From assembly GCA_964016885.1 (NCBI GenBank), contig OZ024743.1:343108001-343172000 (forward strand): a stretch of 64,000 bases of DNA. Reading direction: 5' to 3'. Under the pieces are notes generated by a model, which was given only the letters and a program-made list of their open reading frames with translations, was not told the origin of the DNA and searched no databases. The DNA is from Eledone cirrhosa (Eukaryota). Positions 56,655 through 64,000 of this stretch are shown piece by piece. Numbering within the stretch: the stretch's first letter is position 1; every line of letters starts with the position of its first letter. The translations under genes and the position numbers were made by a program.

Positions 56655-56878
56655 AAATTCTTTCGTTGCACATCTGCAGCATCATCAGTGGTACTATTAT
56701 GTTCCCTCCTATTGTATTGTAATGTCTACGCCATTTGTTTTTTATTTTATTTAAAACAAATATATATATATATATATAACCGACTCTTTATGATATAACC
56801 ATACTCTACTACCCCAAGTATCGAGTACTCAGTTGAGTAATAATCTAACCAGTTTCAAACTGAATCCATCCTGATATA

Positions 56879-57375
56879 TCTATATATATAAACTTGTAGT
56901 TCCTGTCTGTTTGTTTGTTTGTTCACGAACCTCTCCTATGGTTTTGGAGATAGAACCCCTCTTATATATTCTGAAACTACATTGCCCAGGGTACTTGGAT
57001 AAGTATATTTCATTTTAATAAAAGGGTTCCCCGGGATCTCAAACCCCCGCTAAAAAAATGTTCCCTTCGATTTATATGAAATTTAAACCATAGGAAAATG
57101 ACAAGATATGATGACTATTCACAAAAGTTTTGAATTGATATTTTAAAAAAAAATTATTTACAAGAAACAAAATAAGAATAAGATTTAATAATGTAATTTT
57201 GATTTGATATATTACAAAAAATAATGTTTTCCAATTTTTCATGCATTACATTTTACAATGAGTAATATTGAAATGAAGAGTTTTTCTCCATAAATTATAT
57301 CACTGATTTAAAATCAATCATCATTTTCTAAAAAAAAATGTGTGAAACGCAGCAAGACGCGGGTAATTCGGCTAA
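56879..57375 (+). mobile_element. Short non-autonomous Helitron
   Basis: A|TCTATATATATAAA..(tttg)n 5' end; 3' imperfect hairpin cgcagcaagacgcggg..CTAA|T. Confidence 0.65.
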
Positions 57376-57388
57376 TATATATATAGAG

Positions 57389-57442
<54 letters not shown>

Positions 57443-57936
57443 TTCTGTCACTTTTTTCGTCATATTTCGCGGATATAAATGTATTATTTAAGTTAATCAT
57501 TAAAAAATATTAACCGTTTATGTGGCTTGGCAGAATCAGAATTGTTAAAGCATTGGTAAATTTGCTTTGCGGCATTTAGTTACGGCTCTTTGAGTTCAAA
57601 TTCCACTGAGGTCGCCATTGCCTTTCGTCAATCCGAGGTCGATAAAAGAAAGGTACCAGTCAATACTCGAGTCGATACAATCGATTCAACAAATTCCTGG
57701 CTTTGTACCTAAAATTATATGTGTGTACACATATCAGATATGTGATAAAATATCAGGTGGACCATAACCCACCAGAATACTCGATACTTGGGGTAGTAGA
57801 GTGAGTAATATGAAATGCTTCATGATACCGACGAACAGTTCGGATCTAGCTGTCGAAACGGCCGGAGCTCAGCCGTCGGGATCCGGAATCTTTTCATATT
57901 ATATATTTACATATATATATACATATTATCAGTACC

Positions 57937-58107
57937 AGTAGAGGGTCGGACGCCATGCTTTGACGCAAAGAGTTACGTCCCTTTACGATCTGAGTTCAAA
58001 TCCCGCCGAGGTTAACTTTGCCTTTCATCTTTACGGGGTCGATAAAATAAAGTACCAGTAATGTACTGGGTAATTGCTTGCCTTGTGCCAAAAGTAGAAA
58101 CAATTAT
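57937..58107 (+). mobile_element. SINE (dominant family)
   Basis: gtagagggtcggacgccatgctttg..ccttgtgccaaaagtagaaacaatt. Confidence 0.85.
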
Positions 58108-58253
58108 ATATATACATATATTCACGGATGTCGAAAGACTGAAAAATCCACAAATAAAAGTAGTTATCGATGCATGATGAGATAGAAAGTTGGTATATTA
58201 ATGAAGAAAATCCGACCGCGAAATATCCGGTTCAGCTTATAACATCTGTAAAT

Positions 58254-58300
58254 TTCCCTGAAGAAGCTTCGAGAGATTAGAAGCTGAAACCGCAGTAGAA
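58254..58300 (+). ncRNA. Minimal hammerhead motif with weak stem I
   Basis: CTGAAGA-agcttc gagagatta gaagct-GAAAC-CGCA-GTA. Confidence 0.55.
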
Positions 58301-58463
58301 CCTTTACCTCATATATATTTATATATCTATATAACTATATCTATCATATATCAATCTATCTATCTTATCAACTAAGTTGATTAGTAGCTGCAAAAATATT
58401 AATGATATTTACTTTGATGAAATATAAAGTTAAAACTAATTGATATACATATATATATATATA

Positions 58464-58494
<31 letters not shown>

Positions 58495-58520
58495 ATGTAT
58501 ATATATATATGCATATATAT

Positions 58521-59493
58521 AGTAAGAATATTTTCGAAACAGCGAGCGAGTTTGAAATTATAAATGTAAGCTATCGCCGTATTTTGACTAAAGAAATTAA
58601 AGAAATTTATTTAGCCTGATAATGGGGTTAAGAACCCTTGGAGAAATGAAAAAAAGATGAGTATTTACGTACTTGAGAGTCGAACCCACATCTTTGGTTA
58701 TCCAGACCACTGTGCTACCATTACACCAACACATCACCCGTCTTTTTCCATTCGAATTAGAAGAAAAAGACGGGTGATGTGTTGGTTTAATGGTAGCACA
58801 GTGGTCTGGATAACCAAAGGTGTGGGTTCGACTCCCATGTACGTCAATACTCATCTTTTTCCATTTCTCCGAGGGCTCTTAACCCCACTATCAGGCTAAA
58901 TAATTTTCTTTAATTTCTTTAGTCAAAATACAGCGATAGCTTACATTTATAATTTCAAACTCGCTCGCTGTTTCGAAAATATTCTTACTTGACATTTACA
59001 GTTGCTAAGATTATAGCTTCTAATTCGAATGGAAAGATACGGGTGATGTGTTTGTGTAATGGTAGCACAGTGGTCTGGATAACCAAAGATGTGGGTTCGA
59101 CTCCCATGTACGTCAGTACTCCTCTTTTTTCCATTTCTCCGAGGGTTCTTAACCCCACTATCAGGCTAAATAATTTTCTTTAATTTCTTTAGTCAAAATA
59201 CGGCGATAGCTTACATTTATAATTTCAAACTCGCTCGCTGTTTAGAAAATATTCTTTCTTGACATTTACAGTTGCTAAGATTATAGCTTCTAATTTGAAT
59301 GGAGAAAGACGGGTGATGTGTTGGTGTAATGGTAGCACAGTGATCTGGATAACCAAAGATGTGGGTTCGACTCCCATGTACGTCAATACTCATCTTTTTT
59401 CCATTTCTCCGAGGGTTCTTAACCCCACTATCAGGCTAAATAATTTTCTTTAATTTATTTAGTCAAAATACGGCGATAGCTTACATTTATAAT
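58521..59493 (+). repeat. 270-bp tandem repeat (~2.7 units) with an inverted leading unit, between (TA)n tracts; each unit has a tRNA-like gene
   Basis: gggtgatgtg at 58772, 59041, 59311; 58521-58763 is an inverted copy. Confidence 0.9.
58776..58846 (+). tRNA. tRNA-like cloverleaf (anticodon loop CT-GGA-TA), probable pseudo-tRNA; copies 59045-59115 (+), 59315-59385 (+), 58665-58735 (-)
   Basis: Consensus of copies: acceptor gatgtgt/gtacgtc, D arm gtgt-aatggta-gcac, anticodon arm tggt-ctggata-acca, T arm gtggg-ttcgact-cccat; T-run about 10 nt downstream. Confidence 0.5.
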
Positions 59494-59924
59494 ATATATA
59501 TAGACATATATATATTTACATATATATATATACATTTCTGAAGACAGCATATATATATATGTGAAGGTATGTATATTTCCTCTGATAGTTTGTAATATTT
59601 TTACATAGATCTATATGATATACATACCAACACATATATATCCTAGAAAAGATCGTAAAATGATGATTTTTTTTAATATAAGGAACTTGTTCTTTGTTTT
59701 TATTCATTGTTTTTATTAATTTATCTTGACTCTGTTTTCCTATGATTTTCATCGAAAATTTTCGAATGCATCTTCTCTTTTCATGATATTTGGATTGCAT
59801 TGAGTTCTTCATACTGATTGGACACTACCGTATATTTTGGTAGATTTATCTACATATATATATATATATATATATATACAATGATATTAAATAAATGGAA
59901 ACTATATTTATGAAACCATATTTA

Positions 59925-59983
59925 TTTTATTATATATATTTCAAGGGTACCAAGACACATTGGTACGCTTTCCTCAGATAAAA
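59925..59983 (-). ncRNA. Canonical minimal type I hammerhead at the PLE 3' end
   Basis: Minus strand: ttttat-CTGAGGA-aag.gtaccaa tgtgtc ttggtac.ctt-GAAAT-ATAT-ATA-ataaaa. Confidence 0.8.
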
Positions 59984-60195
59984 TACAAAGTTTGTTTTAT
60001 AAATAGAGACATACCCATGAAAATCATACCTTATCGGTTGGATATTCTCTGGATAGTGGAAATATATTAGGGATTTTTCAAACTTATGGGTGAATATACA
60101 AATGAATATGTAAATAATTGAAAAACAACCGTTTATTTAAACGACTATGGAGAGAGAAGAGATAAGAGGAGAGGGATAAAATAGTGCGAGAGAGA

Positions 60196-60246
<51 letters not shown>

Positions 60247-60444
60247 GGGAGAGATAGAGAGAGAGGGAGAGAGAGAAGAAGAAAGAAACAAGAGAAGATG
60301 AATAAAAACTCATATAACGTTAATTTGAGTGAAATATATTCTAAGTTTATATCTTAATAGTACGTGTATTTACGATTATTAGTTGTTTAAAATTTGTTTA
60401 TAATATAATATTTTTCTTCTGTTATAAGTAGATAAATAAATACA

Positions 60445-60475
<31 letters not shown>

Positions 60476-62565
60476 ATAGATGGGTTTATTATGTTATAGA
60501 TAATTGTTCTAATGAGCTATGAGGGATATTGGTTTTGTATTTAATGTAAATAAATATTAAGTTAAACTAAATTAAATTAACTGAGTTAAGAAGAATATTT
60601 ATATTTATATGATTTAAAATAGGAAGATACGGAAAAAACTCCAGTTTAATCTATTTATTCGTTAGTGTGAGACTATTTAGTCAAAATAAGTATAGATGTT
60701 GAACGATATATTTAGCCAGAATCAGTTAGTGGTTATAAATCTATTGAAAAAATATTGAAAAAATATTGATAAAGTATTGAAAAAATATTGAAAAAGTATT
60801 GAAAAAATATTGAAAAATTTGAGAAAATTTTTTTTTTTTATAATTTATAAGAGATGAGTAATTTTTAAAGAAATAAAAATTATTAAAATTAAAATTTTTA
60901 AAATATTAGAATTATATAAGTATATATTTTATGAAACTTTAAGAAGTGGAATTACAGCAAATGTTATAGATATTATGATTTAGAGATATCAATATATTAA
61001 AACCAAGTGGATGAGATTGTTATGGAAATAAGTAGAAATATTATAAGTATAATTATAAGTTATATATAGTTGTGAATGTTGAATTCTGGCGATGTTTACA
61101 AGAATTAAATAAATTCGTTCTTAGATTAATAGAATTTTTACATTTAAGTATGTAAAAAATGTTCTCAATGCACAATTTGCAGAATCTAGATAAAGCTGTG
61201 TTTCGGTACGCGGGTGCTTTTGAAACTGTTTCCGAGAAGTTGAAGATTTGTTATCAAATCTTCGGAAAGAACAATTGTGGTTATTCCAGCGACTTTTAAA
61301 TTCTGTAGAAGTTGCACCGACATAGTTAAATATATTATCACTAGTTTTAACTGTGCATTTATAGACCACGTTTTTATCTAAATACTTATTTTGTAAAGGA
61401 CAGTTTGATTTAATTCTACAGTTACATTCTGCGGAGTTGTTGTTGTTCGGAACGGTATTATTATGTTGGATATTGCTAGAGATATTACTGCTATTTTGGT
61501 TATTTTGGTTAGGGTTTACATTTCTATTATTAATTCTATTTATATTTTGTGCTATATTCATAGTAGTAGAGTAGGATAGTTTTATAGTATGTCTGTTAAA
61601 GATTGAGTGGTATCTGTGGGCTTTAGGAAAACATTTATCTAGTGCTTTAAAGAATAGCTTTGCTAAAGGTGTTTTTACGCTTAATGAGAATTGGGGTGAG
61701 TACCAAATAAAATTTCTAGTTCTAGTTCTTCTGTTAGTTTTAGAGTTTAAGTTAAATTTGTTATTATTATTATAATTAATAGTAGGGTGATTTGCCTTAT
61801 TACTGTTGTCGATGTATTTAATCTTATTTGTATACCCTGCTCTATTTAAAGCTTCATTATAATATTCTGCCTTATCGTCAAAAATGTTTTTATTAGCGGA
61901 GATGGGTGAAATGCGTTGTTGGACAAAATTGACAATAGTGTTCTTGATAGATCTAGGATGATTAGAGTTAAAACTTACATAGTTTAGATTCTCATTAATT
62001 TTATGGAATGGATAGTAGAGCCCTGTGTTAAGGTTTAAGGTTACGTCTAAAAAGTTAACAATGTTATAGTTATTCTCTATTTCTAACTTAAGGTTGTAGC
62101 TATTGTATTATGGATTTTCTTTTCCTATTAATTTCACAATTACTATGATTTTCAATTAAAAGCAGCATATCATCACGATATAAACCACCGATCATCTCTG
62201 GTATTTTTCTATGCAATGTATTATTAATAAATAGCCCACAAGATCCATTATCTGCGCCGAGTCAGATGATCCCATGGTGATATCAAAATTATTTTTTCTA
62301 TCGGCTCTTGTCCAGAGATGATTGTTGAATTCAATTAAAGTTTTCCGTGCAGTTAAAATGATATGCATTTCTTCGCTAGATAAATCTGTATGTTTAGATT
62401 CATAGATAAGAGCTTTATTAAGTAAACTAGGAGTAATGGAGGAGGAGTAGTTTGCAATATCCATTTGAATGAATTTTTTGTTTTGTTCAAATTTTATGTT
62501 ATTGAACCAATCTATAACCTCGTTAGTACCGTTCCATAGTTTTAGGTAAGTTTTAGGTAAGATAC

Positions 62566-62614
<49 letters not shown>

Positions 62615-62985
62615 TACATATATATACATATATATACATATATACATATATATACATATATACATACATATATACATATATATACATATATATATATACA
62701 TATATACATATATATATATTGATATTCACATTAATATTGCTACTGATATTGATATTTTTATTAATTGATTTGATTATCGATTGATTGCTAGTTGTATTAA
62801 TTTCATTGTTAACCCTAATTAATGTGTTCAATATTGTCAACACACTTCTAAATCTATAGTCTGAATTCATTTCAGTTAGCATTGAGTAAAACAGTGTATG
62901 GCACAGTGTTACTATGTCATGGGTGCGCAAAGTATCTCTTGACAGTACGGTAAATTCATTTGTATGTATATATATATATATATAT

Positions 62986-63368
62986 ATATACGATATTAAA
63001 CAAATGGAAACTATATTTATAAAACCATATTTATTTCATTATACATATTTCGGGGATACCATATTAAAAATATGGCATGCCTTCGTCAGATAAAATACAA
63101 TATATAAACAGTTTTATAAATAATTTTGACGTACCATAAATATGAGCGACCATTATGTAGGAAGCTGGTTTGGTAGTCTACCAAACCAGCTTCCTACATA
63201 ATGGTCGCTCATATTTATGGTACGTCAAAATTATTTATAAAACTGTTTATATATTGTATTTTATCTGACGAAGGCATGCCATATTTTTAATATGGTATCC
63301 CCGAAATATGTATAATGAAATAAATATGGTTTTATAAATATAGTTTCCATTTGTTTAATATCGTATAT
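62986..63368. repeat. Palindrome with ~191-bp arms and a 1-nt centre (63177); HHR in each arm (63259-63320 +, 63034-63095 -)
   Basis: ..ctggtttggtag-t-ctaccaaaccag..; HHR ttttat-CTGACGA-..-GAAAT-ATGT-ATA-atgaaa. Confidence 0.9.
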
Positions 63369-64000
63369 CTACTCCAAAAATTTGTCGAGTGCTTTATATC
63401 AGTTATAAAATATTTACTTGTTGTAACCCAACAATTTTAAATAAAACTTTTGCATATATATATATATATATATATATATCAAAGGTATATATTGAGTTAG
63501 AAACTCAAAATAGTCTCTTACAATAAAATAGCTCTCGGAAAGAGATTTTTACGAGCCGTATATTATAATTGAATATAAAAGAAAAACGAACACAGATATA
63601 TACATATATGTGTTCAAATCGTAAGGGACCAGATTCACTAAGGTGAAAAGATACTAACTATAGACAATAGGGTTTGCCATACTCAATTTAAGAATAAATC
63701 AAGAAAATAAATACAAACTGGAATTGTGGTAACTACCAATCACCCAGACAGCTTTGGTCAGCTGTTTTGCAAAATTAATTGTGAAGCGGAATACCGATTC
63801 TTGCTCATCACTGGGTGAAGAATTAGTATCCTGGACATTTCTAAGTATATTAAAAAACTGAATAGTGTGCGTATATATAATAACGCACATGGTATCTGAA
63901 CTTAGCGTGTCTCACAAACTCACACCGCTAAAAATAGCAGCCAGGTTTACTCGACATTTGAATTAGCTCAACAAATTAACGGAGCCGAATATATCAAAGG

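Larger units (their letters stand above)
59875..63368 (-). mobile_element. Decayed PLE (Naiad-like) with related terminal repeats at both ends and a fold-back 5' end
   Basis: ORF 62192-62701 [22 protein letters not shown]; ORF 61121-61561 CNCR..CPL..VVYKC..YVGAT..FKSRW.NH; 59880-59990 is homologous to 62990-63100. Confidence 0.8.

Noticed and set aside
58521-59493. CRISPR array or hammerhead within the 270-bp unit
   Set aside because: Whole units repeat with no unique spacers in a eukaryotic context; CTGATA(A/G)tgggg..ccc lacks a proper GAAA/stem III/stem I arrangement.

Overview
AT-rich, microsatellite-laden eukaryotic (animal) DNA. The SINE content and (TA)n density suggest an octopus/coleoid genome; this is an inference and was not searched. 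One host gene is supported: a three-coding-exon secreted protein with three chitin-binding type-2 (peritrophin-A/CBM14) domains (9545-9821, 20698-20904, 23622-23818, + strand, 226 aa). The rest is mostly mobile DNA: at least five Penelope-like retroelements (PLEs; RT + C-terminal GIY-YIG, Naiad-like), a frameshifted autonomous-type Helitron plus two non-autonomous Helitrons, a Chapaev3-type DNA transposon, a deleted mariner, an RTE LINE fragment and many tRNA-derived SINEs. The main pattern is a PLE/hammerhead-ribozyme (HHR) system. More than ten type I HHR motifs are visible, including two unrelated ones with a U3-A8 compensatory core. A 468-bp retrozyme-like tandem repeat and a 270-bp tandem repeat carrying a tRNA-like cloverleaf share the PLE insertion signature: an inverted 5' segment, tandem copies, and (TA)n at one or both ends. 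Most short ORFs in the supplied track are microsatellite artefacts.
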